Below, piece by piece: positions 36,607-48,134 of a stretch of DNA of 61,482 bases. The notes beneath the pieces were generated by a model. That model worked only from the letters and a program-made list of their open reading frames with translations. It did no database searches and was not told the origin of the DNA. A program made the translations under genes and the position numbers. Within the stretch, counting starts at the first letter, position 1, and each line of letters opens with the position of its first letter. The DNA is from a bacterium (GTDB lineage: Bacteria > UBP15 > UBA6099 > JAJRTR01). The DNA lies in the NCBI GenBank assembly GCA_024278215.1, contig JAJRTR010000111.1:62001-123482 (forward strand), in the 5' to 3' direction.

Positions 36607-37809
36607 TCAGGCGTCGTTGTCTATGCGCCGAAGCATGTCGATGGCCATCTGGAGAGAAACGGCGAGTGATTCGGGCCTGATGTGCTCGATTGTGTCGTAG
36701 CGCGTGTGGTAGTTGGGCACGAGCTTACTGGTGTCCTGGCACAATAAGGTAGTGCAGCTTATGCCCCTGCGTGAAAATTCCGTGCCGTCGGACGCGCCGA
36801 GTGGGATGTTTGTAGTGATGAGCGGCCACTTGTGATCCCGCGCTATATCCTGTGCCATCTTTATAAGATACGGGTCGTGCTTCGCGCCCGTGCAGATTTC
36901 GCGGGTAATGACCGATAGGAACTTTTCGTCGTAGATGCCGTCGAATATCACGGCGTGTGTTTTCACGGCTTTTAGTTCTTCGAGGTGTTTTTTTACATAG
37001 GCGCGCGCGCCGCGCAGTCCGCCTTCTTCACATGAAGCGCCGTAGAGAACGACTTCCGTGTTCTCGGGGAAGAATTCACCGTTCGACTTCGCGTCGGCCA
37101 GATACCTGCCCAGCCCGGCGGCGATACTCACGCCCGCCATGTCGTCCATAGCGCCCGGCACAGGCACATAAGTGTGGAAGAAGAGAAACAGAGCGGCGAC
37201 GGGATAGAAACCCATGCAGACAAAGCCGAGTACGGTATAGACATGCGCGTCCGCGCCGCCCGTGAAGTACGCTATCGTCTTCGCCGTGCAGACGCCCGCC
37301 GTGAATAAAATTCCGAGCACTCCCACGATCATGACCGGTATCGCCGCGTTCTTTAGAAACAGCCAGAGATTGAATTCATAAGCCGAGTCGATGTGGCCGC
37401 ACACTATCAGACGCTTTCGGACCTCTCCGCGCGGCTTGATCGTCCCCAGTACATTTTCCCCTTCCCGCTCGGGAAAGAGGAAATCGAGATATTCTTTATA
37501 CCTGACGAATTCGAATATGAAAATGCTTGTCGCGAAGAGAGCGAACACTGCCGCCGCGGGCGGGAAAAACCAGTAGAACACTAACGCCAGAAGGAACGAG
37601 CCTACAAGCATGGGGAAAAAACCAAGGAACGCCGTCGGGTGGCAGGTGTATTTTTCGAGATCGACGCGGTCGCATACCGGCTTCCATTCGTCGGCCATGA
37701 AATGTGCCAGTTTTCGCTCCGCGTCGCTGCACGACTCGCGCGGCCCGATGTCTCGAATCACTCTGTCGATGAGTTTGTACATGTAGTCCTTATATTTGTC
37801 TGCGATCAT
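36607..37809 (-). CDS. Membrane-associated M28 family metallopeptidase
   Basis: CGHIDS, GAMDDMAG, CEEGGLRGA, GASD, NYHTRYDT; TM segments. Confidence 0.88.
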   Translation of the reverse strand: MIADKYKDYMYKLIDRVIRDIGPRESCSDAERKLAHFMADEWKPVCDRVDLEKYTCHPTAFLGFFPMLVGSFLLALVFYWFFPPAAAVFALFATSIFIFEFVRYKEYLDFLFPEREGENVLGTIKPRGEVRKRLIVCGHIDSAYEFNLWLFLKNAAIPVMIVGVLGILFTAGVCTAKTIAYFTGGADAHVYTVLGFVCMGFYPVAALFLFFHTYVPVPGAMDDMAGVSIAAGLGRYLADAKSNGEFFPENTEVVLYGASCEEGGLRGARAYVKKHLEELKAVKTHAVIFDGIYDEKFLSVITREICTGAKHDPYLIKMAQDIARDHKWPLITTNIPLGASDGTEFSRRGISCTTLLCQDTSKLVPNYHTRYDTIEHIRPESLAVSLQMAIDMLRRIDNDA

Positions 37810-37894
37810 AAAAGGTTCCTCGAATGAATTCCGCCGCAGGAGTTCACAAGGTGCAGCGGGCCACGTAAATTAATAGTATGCAGACTGTATAAAG

Positions 37895-37917
37895 GCAAGT
37901 TGCGGCGATTTCAACAT
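37895..37917 (+). repeat. Left 23-bp direct repeat flanking hicBA
   Basis: gcaagttgcggcgatttcaacat; 22/23 identical to 38514-38536. Confidence 0.85.
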
Positions 37918-38020
37918 GAGATATGCCGCCTGCACCTCCATAGATGCACATACGCAGCTATTGCCATAATCCGGTCGCATACGTATACTGGAAATGAGAT
38001 CATCTCAGCAGGAGGACCGG

Positions 38021-38224
38021 ATGAAAATAAAAGTAGTTGTGCATGAAGCTGAAGAAGGCGGCTACTGGGCCGAAGTTCCGGCAATCCCCGGTTGCGCCAC
38101 TCAGGGTGATACTTTTGAGGAACTCCTCCAGAACCTGTATGAAGCAATCGAGGGCTGCCTGTCTATTGATATTGACTTGCCTGAGAATGTGGACAGGAGT
38201 CGAATATTCGAGATTGCTGTATGA
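38021..38224 (+). CDS. hicB: Short HicB antitoxin
   Basis: EEGGYWAEVPAIPGCATQGDTFEELLQNLYEAI; GGAGG RBS. Confidence 0.92.
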   Translation: MKIKVVVHEAEEGGYWAEVPAIPGCATQGDTFEELLQNLYEAIEGCLSIDIDLPENVDRSRIFEIAV

Positions 38225-38427
38225 AGGCTGTAACAGGAAAAGATTTTGCCGGAGCGCTGGAGCGTAATGGCTGGGAATTATTGAGGGTGAAAGGTAGTCA
38301 TCATATTTATGGAAAGAAAGATAATAACGTACGAATATCGGTTCCGATACATGGTAACAAATCTTTGAAAAAGGGCCTTATAAATCATTTTCTTAAAATG
38401 GCGGGGTTGGAAGAAAAAGACATCTGA
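38221..38427 (+). CDS. hicA: HicA mRNA interferase toxin
   Basis: LERNGW..RVKGSHHIY, VPIHG, LKKGL; ATGA overlap with hicB. Confidence 0.92.
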   Translation: MKAVTGKDFAGALERNGWELLRVKGSHHIYGKKDNNVRISVPIHGNKSLKKGLINHFLKMAGLEEKDI

Positions 38428-38513
38428 AAACAAATCCACTGATTTTTAATCTCATTATTAGCATTTCTTAACCACCACTGCGCAGGATTTCAGTCGCAAT
38501 ATATTAAATCGTT

Positions 38514-38536
38514 GCAAGTTGCGGCGATTTCGACAT
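38514..38536 (+). repeat. Right 23-bp direct repeat flanking hicBA
   Basis: gcaagttgcggcgatttcgacat. Confidence 0.85.
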
Positions 38537-38634
38537 TTAAAACAGTGAACGGTTTATTTGAAAAATAATGTTTGTATTCTCTGCGCTTCATTAAAATATA
38601 AAGTATCTGTACTTTGTAAATATGGAGATGCGTC

Positions 38635-40701
38635 ATGACGAAGAAAAAAAACAAGATAAACAAAAACATCAAACTGCCTGAACTGCATTTCGGCAGCGAA
38701 ATATGCAGCGACCCGGCCCGTGCCTGCGAACTCGAATGGCTCGAGACCAACGGAATCGGCGGTTTCGCCGCTTCGAGCATACTCGGGATGAATACACGCA
38801 GGTATCACGGCCTGCTCGTGGCGGCGCTCGACCCGCCTTCGGGCCGCATGGTCGTCCTGTCGAAAATAGATGAGACGGTGCGGGCAGGCGACGACACGCT
38901 TGAACTGGCCACCAACCGGTATCCCGGCACTCTCGCGCCGCATGGATACGAACATATCGACTCCTTCAATCTCGATCCGTTCCCCCGATGGGTCTTTCGC
39001 GTGAAAGACTACCTGCTCGAAAAAACCGTTCTGTTGCTCAGGGGCTGCAATGCCGTCGCCGTAAGGTATCGCTGGCTGGACGCCGCGCGCAGGCCGCTAT
39101 CGTTGCGCCCCGAAGGTTTTGAAATCTCGATGAGGCCGTTCGTCGCGTTCAGGGACTACCACCAGCTTATGCGCCGTAACCCGTATCACGAACCGGTGTT
39201 GTCAGGCGACGACGCCGGCGGCAGGGTTACGATGTCGCCGCGCTTCGAGGTTCCGGGTCTCTCGGCAATAATGCAGGGGCTCGAATACAGCGACAACCCC
39301 GTGTGGTACTACAACTTCGAATACGAGGTCGAGCGGAGGCGCGGACTCGACTACCAGGAGGACCTCGTGTCGCCGATAGTGTTGTCGGCAATCGGCGATT
39401 CCGCCGCGCATGTGCTGCTCTTCGCGATGGGAAACGAAACGCAACATTTGCTCGAAAGCAACACCGGCCAATCGCTGTCGGAGTTCTTTGACAGGCGCGC
39501 ACGGGCTGAAAAGGAATATCGCGCGGGTCTTATCAGGGTATTCGACAAGCCGAAGGGAGCGACGAAAAGGATGTTGATCTCGGCGGACGCTTTCATTGTC
39601 GATCGCAAAGGCGGCGGCAAGTCCATACTGGCGGGCTATCCCTGGTTCACCGACTGGGGCCGCGACGCGATGATCGCTCTGCCGGGACTCACGCTCGCCA
39701 CGGGCCGCTACGGTATCGCCCGCGACGTGCTGGCCACTTTCGCGTCGCACATCCACGACGGGCTCGTCCCTAACAGGTTCCCCGACAGCGGCGGCGCACC
39801 GGCCTACAACACGGTGGACGCATCTCTGTGGTATGTGATGGCGGTCGACTCGTATACACGCGCAACAAAGGATTTTCAATTCATAAAGGATTCGCTCTGG
39901 GACGCGCTCGAAAACATATTACGTTGCTACAGAGAAGGTACTCATAACAATATCCACATGTCGGACGACGGCCTGATATGGGCGGGCGACCCGACAACGC
40001 AACTTACGTGGATGGACGCCAAGGTCGGCGACTGGGTATGCACACCGCGCCACGGCAAGGCGGTCGAGATCAACGCCCTGTGGTACAATGCGCTTCGTGT
40101 TATGGAGCGGCTTGCGGGCCGGGTCGGCGCGGACGGAGCACCTTACAGGAAACTGGCGAGGAAGGTCGGTCGTGAATTCTCGAAACAGTTCTGGAACCGC
40201 GAGGCAGGCTGTCTTTTCGACGTGATAAACGAAAACGGGCCTGACGACGCGGTGCGCCCGAACCAGATATTCGCGCTGTCGCTGCCGCGCGCGATGCTGC
40301 CGGCGGGCAAGCGCGCTAGTGTGCTCGATGTCGTCGAGAAACGGCTGCTCACACCGCGTGGACTGCGCAGTCTCGCGCCCGAACATTCACTATATCGCGG
40401 CACATACGACGGCGATGTGACGGCGCGCGACGGCGCGTATCATAACGGCACGGTATGGGCCTGGCTGATGGGGCCTTATATCTCCGCGCTGCTGAATGTC
40501 AGGGGGAAAAACCCGGCGACGCTGAAAAAGGCAAAAACGCTGATCGCTGGAATGGAAAAACATATCGTCGAGGAAGCGGGGCTCAATCACGTGTCCGAGA
40601 TATTCGACGGCGACGTCCCGCACACGCCGCGCGGCTGCTTCGCGCAGGCATGGAGCGTCGCGGAACTTCTGAGAGTGAAAAAGGAATTACACATAATTTG
40701 A
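38635..40701 (+). CDS. Amylo-alpha-1,6-glucosidase (glycogen debranching enzyme, GDE_N + GDE_C)
   Basis: EWLETNGIGGFA, TRRYHGLL, AGYPWFTDWGRD, LTWMDAK, RPNQ, YHNGTVWAW, QAWSVAE. Confidence 0.95.
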   Translation: MTKKKNKINKNIKLPELHFGSEICSDPARACELEWLETNGIGGFAASSILGMNTRRYHGLLVAALDPPSGRMVVLSKIDETVRAGDDTLELATNRYPGTLAPHGYEHIDSFNLDPFPRWVFRVKDYLLEKTVLLLRGCNAVAVRYRWLDAARRPLSLRPEGFEISMRPFVAFRDYHQLMRRNPYHEPVLSGDDAGGRVTMSPRFEVPGLSAIMQGLEYSDNPVWYYNFEYEVERRRGLDYQEDLVSPIVLSAIGDSAAHVLLFAMGNETQHLLESNTGQSLSEFFDRRARAEKEYRAGLIRVFDKPKGATKRMLISADAFIVDRKGGGKSILAGYPWFTDWGRDAMIALPGLTLATGRYGIARDVLATFASHIHDGLVPNRFPDSGGAPAYNTVDASLWYVMAVDSYTRATKDFQFIKDSLWDALENILRCYREGTHNNIHMSDDGLIWAGDPTTQLTWMDAKVGDWVCTPRHGKAVEINALWYNALRVMERLAGRVGADGAPYRKLARKVGREFSKQFWNREAGCLFDVINENGPDDAVRPNQIFALSLPRAMLPAGKRASVLDVVEKRLLTPRGLRSLAPEHSLYRGTYDGDVTARDGAYHNGTVWAWLMGPYISALLNVRGKNPATLKKAKTLIAGMEKHIVEEAGLNHVSEIFDGDVPHTPRGCFAQAWSVAELLRVKKELHII

Positions 40702-40863
40702 TTCATGTGCAATAAACCGCGATTGACATTCGGCGACATATAATAAGCAGCGGCGGCGGCGGACTCATGCAGGGCGTTATTGTGCATTTCCGCCGACTTT
40801 CGCGACAATGGCCGGGCTGGGAAGCAGTATTGCACACGAATCATGATTTGAGGAGCAAATGTT

Positions 40864-41715
40864 ATGTTTCTGACAATAGGTGAACGACTCAACGCAACCC
40901 GCAAGGGTGTCGCAACCGCAATCAAAGAAAAAAATGTGGACTTCATTATAGAAGAGATAAATAAACAGCTCGACGGCGGCGCGGCGATGATAGACGTGAA
41001 TGCGGGAATAAACCCGAAGCTCGAAAAAGAGAGTATGCGCTGGCTGGCGAAAGTCGTCGCGGGCGCGTGCGACACACCGCTGTGTCTGGATTCGCCCAAC
41101 CCGGAAGTGATCAAAACCGCGGTCGAGGCTGTGCTCGAAACGCGCGGCGCGGAAGTGCCGGGCGGCTTTGAGATCGAAGTGAATCTGCCTTGGCTGATGA
41201 TCAATTCCGTCACGCTCGAAGATAAATCTTACGATGGGATCGTGCCGCTTCTTAAGGAATACAATTGTGCTGTGGTCGCGCTCTGTATGAAGTCGGGCGA
41301 CGCGCCGGGTGGCACTGACGCGAGAATCAGTATCGGACGCGACCTCGTCGACAAACTTACAGCAGACGGCGTTCAGCCTGAGAAAATATACGTCGACCCA
41401 CTCGTACTGCCCGTAGGCGTCGACACGACAAACGGTATGGCTGCAACGGAGATTATCCACAGTTTAAAATCGGAATTTGCGGGTTTGCGTTCGTGTTGCG
41501 GGCTCAGCAACATATCGTTCGGACTGCCGGTGCGCGCCGTCCTGAACAGGGTTTTCCTCACACTTATGATTTCTGCCGGGCTCGACTCCGCCATTCTTGA
41601 TACCAGCGACAGAAAACTCATGTCAGCCGCCAGGGCCTCGCTGACAATGTGCGGAAAAGATGCCTTCTGCGCCGACTACATATCCGCTTTCCGTTCCCAG
41701 CAACTCGAGGCGTAA
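40864..41715 (+). CDS. Methyltetrahydrofolate:corrinoid methyltransferase (AcsE/MeTr-like pterin-binding protein)
   Basis: IGERLNATRK, IDVNAG, LCLDS, INSV, YVDPLV, GLSNISFGLP, GLDSAILD. Confidence 0.88.
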   Translation: MFLTIGERLNATRKGVATAIKEKNVDFIIEEINKQLDGGAAMIDVNAGINPKLEKESMRWLAKVVAGACDTPLCLDSPNPEVIKTAVEAVLETRGAEVPGGFEIEVNLPWLMINSVTLEDKSYDGIVPLLKEYNCAVVALCMKSGDAPGGTDARISIGRDLVDKLTADGVQPEKIYVDPLVLPVGVDTTNGMAATEIIHSLKSEFAGLRSCCGLSNISFGLPVRAVLNRVFLTLMISAGLDSAILDTSDRKLMSAARASLTMCGKDAFCADYISAFRSQQLEA

Positions 41716-41726
41716 ACAGGATATAT

Positions 41727-42839
41727 TCAACTTGCCGGGTTGTCGCCGTCGTCTTTTTCGCCGGGCATCGAGGCTATGTGCAGTGTCTGTGTCGGGAACG
41801 CGAACTCGACGCCGAGCCTCTCGAATTCCTTCATAACTTTCAACATGAAATTCTGTTTGGCCTGTAGAAAATCCGCCCATACCGTTGTTGCTGTAAAGCA
41901 ATATACGAATATATTCAGGCTGCTGGGGCCGAACTCGTTGAACGTAACGAGGAAGAAGTCATTCCGGATATTATCGTCTTCCCTGATAATGGTTCTGACA
42001 GCTTCGACGGCTTTTTCCACTTTGTCTGCCGGTGTGTCGTAGGTGATGCCGATTGTCATCTTTATCCGGCGCTTTCTCATGCGCGACCAGTTATTGATGG
42101 CGGTGGTGGTGAAAGTCGCATTCGGCACGGTTATCAGGCTGTTGGCGAAAGTGCGGATTCGAGTCACGCGCATATTCACTTCCTCGACAGTACCTTCGAC
42201 GCCGCCCATCTCGATCCAGTCGCCGACGTGGAACGGCTTGTCCACGAAGATTACGATGGACCCGAACAGGTTTGCGATAACATCTTTCGAGGCAAGCGCG
42301 ACGGCCATGCCGCCGAGACCGAGGCCGGCCAGCAGGCTCGAAACGGAGTAGCCCATGTTCTGGAGGAACAGCAGCGCGCCGATGATTATAAGGAATGTTT
42401 TCGTGCTGCCGCGCACTATCGGGATAAGCTGATCGTCAAGGCGAGTCTCTGTCTCCGCAGCCTTCTTCGCCCATTCCGCCATCAGGTCGTCGACGAGCAG
42501 TACCAGGAACCAGATTGTCAGCGCTATGGATGCACTTTTCAGTAACGCATTTATGAACTTGCGGACATCCAACGGTTCTACGGGCACCGGCAGAAAAGAT
42601 ATCGCGAGATAGATGCCGCCCAGCACACATGCCCAGCCGATGGGCTTTGCCAGCGACAGAAGCACTATGTCGTCTAGGCCGGTTTTCGTCTTTTTCGCGG
42701 CGACCTGCAATTTTGCAATCGCGACTCCCGCAAACCATTTGAGCAGAAAACCGCCCAGTATGCACAGGAAAGAATAAAGGAGCGCATCAAGGCTGATGTT
42801 AAATATTTCGTAATCGAATATGCTTTTTATATCACCCAT
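41727..42839 (-). CDS. MscS family mechanosensitive channel
   Basis: LLAGLGLGGMAVALASKD, DKPFHVGDWI, TRIRT, VPN, FAFPTQTL. Confidence 0.95.
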   Translation of the reverse strand: MGDIKSIFDYEIFNISLDALLYSFLCILGGFLLKWFAGVAIAKLQVAAKKTKTGLDDIVLLSLAKPIGWACVLGGIYLAISFLPVPVEPLDVRKFINALLKSASIALTIWFLVLLVDDLMAEWAKKAAETETRLDDQLIPIVRGSTKTFLIIIGALLFLQNMGYSVSSLLAGLGLGGMAVALASKDVIANLFGSIVIFVDKPFHVGDWIEMGGVEGTVEEVNMRVTRIRTFANSLITVPNATFTTTAINNWSRMRKRRIKMTIGITYDTPADKVEKAVEAVRTIIREDDNIRNDFFLVTFNEFGPSSLNIFVYCFTATTVWADFLQAKQNFMLKVMKEFERLGVEFAFPTQTLHIASMPGEKDDGDNPAS

Positions 42840-42844
42840 AATCT

Positions 42845-43966
42845 TCAGCCCGTTTCGTCCGCGGAAGTATTTTCACCATCTCTGCCGGGGAGTCTGCTCA
42901 ATATTTTCCCAAGCATTTCTTTTTCGTCGGGCGCGAGGTGCATAGTACGCTGCGGGAACGGAATTGTTATCCCTTCCTTTTTATAGCGGGCGTGGAGTCT
43001 CTTCATGAACTCGTGCAGAGTGCCGCGCCGCGTGTCGTAGCCCTTCACGCGGAAATTGACATAAAAAGAGATGCCGCTCTCTCCGAAAGTATGGTATCTC
43101 ATGTATGGTTTATAGCCGCTGATCGCGCCTTTCCAGTTGTTCTGTATCTCTTCGGCAACTTCCAGCGTCACCCGCTCGACGTGCTCCAGGTCGTTGTCAT
43201 AACCCACACTCACCTGTATTCTGTGAGAGAACTCGGGGTCGGGCTGGCTGTAGTTCTTGATGACGCTGTTGACGATCCTGTCGTTGGGGATGACGATAGT
43301 TTCGTCGCGGCGCGACCTGATGCGTGTGGACCTGAGGCCGATGTCTTCGATGTAGCCGCGCTCGCCGCTTTCGAGCCTTATGTATTGTCCCACACTGACA
43401 GGTTTGTCGAACACCATGAATATGCCGGCGAACAGATTGGCGAGTGTATCTTTGAGCGCAAGAGCCACTGCAAGCGAGCCAACCCCGAGCGAGGCGATCA
43501 GAGGTGTGATCGACACGCCGAGCGCCTCCAGTATTATCAGGCCGCCGATTACGATTATGAAAACTCTTAATATACCGCGGATGATTCCTTCCGTCGCCTG
43601 CGCGTCTTCGGATGTCTTTCCGCGCAGTATGAGCAGTCCCCTCAGCGACCTGTCGAGGAAAAATATTCCGGCGAGAATCAGCACGACTTTCATCGTGTTG
43701 GTCACATAGATGTCCATCGCCCTGTCCAGTGGCATGATCCTGCTCATCAGCAGAAGCCCGGTGAAAATCATCATCAGATTGAGCGGAAAGTTGAGCGCGT
43801 CGAGCAGTAGGTCGTCGAACTCGTTTTCTGTTTTTTCCGCCAGCAGCATGATCCTTCCGTATACATACTTTTTCACGATGGTGAACAGGATCAACCACGC
43901 CGCCAGCGCTATCGGCCCCAGCAGCCACCTGCTGCTCAGAATTTCGATGATTTCTTTCTCAGTCAT
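42845..43966 (-). CDS. MscS family mechanosensitive channel
   Basis: IASLGVGSLAVALALKDTLAN, DIGLRSTRI, IPN, IPFPQRT. Confidence 0.95.
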   Translation of the reverse strand: MTEKEIIEILSSRWLLGPIALAAWLILFTIVKKYVYGRIMLLAEKTENEFDDLLLDALNFPLNLMMIFTGLLLMSRIMPLDRAMDIYVTNTMKVVLILAGIFFLDRSLRGLLILRGKTSEDAQATEGIIRGILRVFIIVIGGLIILEALGVSITPLIASLGVGSLAVALALKDTLANLFAGIFMVFDKPVSVGQYIRLESGERGYIEDIGLRSTRIRSRRDETIVIPNDRIVNSVIKNYSQPDPEFSHRIQVSVGYDNDLEHVERVTLEVAEEIQNNWKGAISGYKPYMRYHTFGESGISFYVNFRVKGYDTRRGTLHEFMKRLHARYKKEGITIPFPQRTMHLAPDEKEMLGKILSRLPGRDGENTSADETG

Positions 43967-44150
43967 CCGCCTGCTTCTTCGCCGTTCCGGAATGTGCGAT
44001 TATTCATTTGAATGATTATATCAAAAACATGCCGCCGATTTCTACCTATTTATAATTGTCTCCGCAAATTTTACGGATGCGCCTGAAATTGACGCCGCGG
44101 TGCGCCGGGTGGTAGAATAATCGGGTGTTCCGTTTCCAAAAACTTAATAG

Positions 44151-45455
<1,305 letters not shown>

Positions 45456-45488
45456 GCCGGCAGAATATTGCTTGAATCGGAAAACCTC

Positions 45489-45528
45489 AGCCGGGCGTCT
45501 TTGCAAAGGTCGTCCGGCTTTTTATTTT
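45489..45528 (+). terminator. Intrinsic terminator after eno
   Basis: agccgggcg..cgtccggct followed by a T-rich tract. Confidence 0.7.
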
Positions 45529-45622
45529 ATTCGAGCCGAATGCACCGGCATCAAATGATCTGCTAAGCGGGTTGAAAAGACAACTGCGAACACTATTTGG
45601 GGAAATGCCGTAAAAAAACGAT

Positions 45623-45674
45623 TTGTGAAATTTGGCGCAATCTGTTGACCTATATTTACCGTACTCTTTATAAT
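45623..45674 (+). promoter_or_regulatory. Putative nuo promoter with upstream Rex/CRP-like operator
   Basis: TTGTGAA-attt-GGCGCAA (45623-45640) abutting TTGACC-N18-TATAAT. Confidence 0.5.
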
Positions 45675-45797
45675 ATACCAGTTTGAAGTTCAGTAGTCCC
45701 GGTCGCTGCGAGGGTATTGTGGCGTGTGCTGCGGCATATCCACCATATTACCGCCCTCGAACTTGTCGCCGGGGCACATAATAAAAGGAAAAGCGCT

Positions 45798-48086
45798 ATG
45801 TCGGAACAAGAACTGCTCGAAAAAAGTGTATTGACTACAAAACTGGAAGAAGTGATCGGACTGTGCCGGAAATTTTCGCTGTGGCCGATGCCCTTCGGTA
45901 CCGCGTGTTGCGCTATCGAATTCATGGGTGTTGTCGATGCGCATTACGACATCGCCCGGTTCGGCGCCGAAGCCGTCAGGTTCTCGCCGCGCCAGGCCGA
46001 CCTTATGATCGTTGCCGGTACTATCGTCGACAAGATGGGGCCGATCCTGAAGAGAATCTACGACCAGATGGCCGAACCGAAATGGGTCATCTCGATGGGA
46101 GTATGCGCCTGTTCGGGTGGATTCTACCGCGCGTATCACGTCATGCAGGGCATCGACGAGGTTATCCCGGTCGATGTCTACGTGCCGGGCTGCCCGCCCA
46201 CGCCGGACGGACTGCTCTACGCGCTTACGATGGTCCAGGAAATGGCTCACCATAACATTCCGCGCAAGTCGCGGATCGTTCCTTTCGGCGAAAAACAGAA
46301 AAAGCCTGAATATACTCACAAACCGCTGAGCCGGTGGCCGGCGGAGATGATCGAGCCGGTGGCCGACGCTGCGCCGAAGTCTTTTGTGGCGCAACAACTC
46401 AAACAGCAATTCCCGGACGAGATCATAAGTATAAAGGAAGACAACCCGGACGGCATCCCGGCTGTGATGCTGAAAAAGGACAGAATCGTCGATGTCTGCC
46501 GGTTCCTCGCAAAGAGCTCGAACCTGAACTTCAACCAGCCTACCGATGTCTGCGGCGTCGATTATCTCGGTCGCACTCCGCGCTTCGAGGTCGTTTACCA
46601 TCTCTACTCGATCAACCATAACCACAGGGTGCGCCTCCGCGTGCCGCTCGATGAGGACGCGCCGGAGATAGATTCCGTCACTTCCGTCTGGAAGGGTGTC
46701 GACTGGTTCGAGCGCGAGGTGTTCGACCTCTACGGCATAAACTTCAGAGGCCACCCGAATATGCAGCGCATACTCTGCCATCCGCAGTTCGAGGGACATG
46801 CACTGCGCAAGGACTTCGATCCCGGGCAACGCTTCGAATGCACTCAGTCCAAATTGGACCTTTTCACAACAGATTATGATAAAGAAAATCCGCCGATGCT
46901 CGAGGACCCGGACGACCCGCTAAATGACAGGACAGTCGTCAATATCGGCCCCTCCCACCCCATCACACACGGTACGCTCAGGCTGCAATGCGAGATCGAG
47001 GGCGAAACGATCAAGCGGTGCAGGACCGAAATCGGATACCTTCACAGGTGCTTCGAGAAGATGTCGGAAACGCACACCTATCACCAGGTGATCCCATACA
47101 CGGACCGCCTGAACTACTGCTCCGCTTTCATGAACAATGCCGGATACGCGCACGCTGTGGAAACTTTCCTCGGCGTAAAAGTGCCGAAAAGGGCGCAGGC
47201 TATCAGGGTCATCCTCTCGGAGCTCAGCCGCATAATCGACCATCAGGTGTGCATCGCGGCGAACCTGGTCGACGTCGGCGCGCTCACAAACTACTGGTAC
47301 CTGTTCCGTGTGCGCGAGGAAGTGTACGAACTGCTGGAGGCGTGTTGCGGTGGCCGGATGACAGTCAGTTATGCCCGCATCGGCGGTTTTGCAAAGGATG
47401 TGCCGCACGACTTCGAGGAGCGCGTCCGCCACCTGCTGAAGATACTGCCAAAATTCATGGGCGACGTGAATAAACTGATAACGACCAACCCGATATTCAT
47501 CGGTCGCACGCGCGACATCGGGACCGTCACAGCAGCGCAGGCCGTCGAGTACGGCTTTACCGGCCCGTGCCTCCGCGCGAGCGGCGTCGAGTACGATGTC
47601 CGCAAAGCCGCGCCCTACTGGGGCTATGACCACTACGAATTCGAGATTCCCGTAAGCGACGACGGCGACACATACGCCCGCTACATGGTGCGCATGGAAG
47701 AGATCCGACAGAGCGCGCGAATCATACAGCAGGCCATCGGCACACTGCCCGGCGGTCCCGTGATGACCAGCGACAAACGCGTCGCGCAACCACCCAAGAA
47801 AGATGTGTACAGCAACATAGAGGGCCTCATAAATCATTTCAAACTGATTATGCACGGCATCAAACCGCCCAAGGGCGAGATATATTCGTTCACGGAAGGT
47901 GCCAACGGCGAACTCGGGTTCTATATTGTCAGCGACGGCACAAAGAATCCCTACAGAATAAAGGTGAGACCGCCGTGCTTCGCCATCTTCCAGGCAAACG
48001 ACGAAATTGCTGAAGGACACATGGTCGCCGACATGGCCGCGATACTCGGAAGCTGGAACATAATCGCCGGAGAACTCGACCGCTGA
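45798..48086 (+). CDS. nuoBCD: NADH-quinone oxidoreductase fused subunits B/C/D
   Basis: GTACCAIE and PGCPP (NuoB); WFEREVFDLYG..GHALRKD (NuoC); NIGPSHPITHG, GYLHR, GELDR (NuoD). Confidence 0.95.
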   Translation: MSEQELLEKSVLTTKLEEVIGLCRKFSLWPMPFGTACCAIEFMGVVDAHYDIARFGAEAVRFSPRQADLMIVAGTIVDKMGPILKRIYDQMAEPKWVISMGVCACSGGFYRAYHVMQGIDEVIPVDVYVPGCPPTPDGLLYALTMVQEMAHHNIPRKSRIVPFGEKQKKPEYTHKPLSRWPAEMIEPVADAAPKSFVAQQLKQQFPDEIISIKEDNPDGIPAVMLKKDRIVDVCRFLAKSSNLNFNQPTDVCGVDYLGRTPRFEVVYHLYSINHNHRVRLRVPLDEDAPEIDSVTSVWKGVDWFEREVFDLYGINFRGHPNMQRILCHPQFEGHALRKDFDPGQRFECTQSKLDLFTTDYDKENPPMLEDPDDPLNDRTVVNIGPSHPITHGTLRLQCEIEGETIKRCRTEIGYLHRCFEKMSETHTYHQVIPYTDRLNYCSAFMNNAGYAHAVETFLGVKVPKRAQAIRVILSELSRIIDHQVCIAANLVDVGALTNYWYLFRVREEVYELLEACCGGRMTVSYARIGGFAKDVPHDFEERVRHLLKILPKFMGDVNKLITTNPIFIGRTRDIGTVTAAQAVEYGFTGPCLRASGVEYDVRKAAPYWGYDHYEFEIPVSDDGDTYARYMVRMEEIRQSARIIQQAIGTLPGGPVMTSDKRVAQPPKKDVYSNIEGLINHFKLIMHGIKPPKGEIYSFTEGANGELGFYIVSDGTKNPYRIKVRPPCFAIFQANDEIAEGHMVADMAAILGSWNIIAGELDR

Positions 48087-48134
48087 CACGCGGCCCGCAC
48101 AATTTTACTTAAGCGCGGGAAGGAGATTTTTTGT

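Noticed and set aside
40780-40830. Cobalamin riboswitch before the AcsE-like gene (ctgggaag)
   Set aside because: The other conserved B12-element segments are missing.
45798-48086. Group 4 NiFe hydrogenase
   Set aside because: The D module lacks both CxxC Ni-binding motifs, and the B module has the complex I tandem CC.
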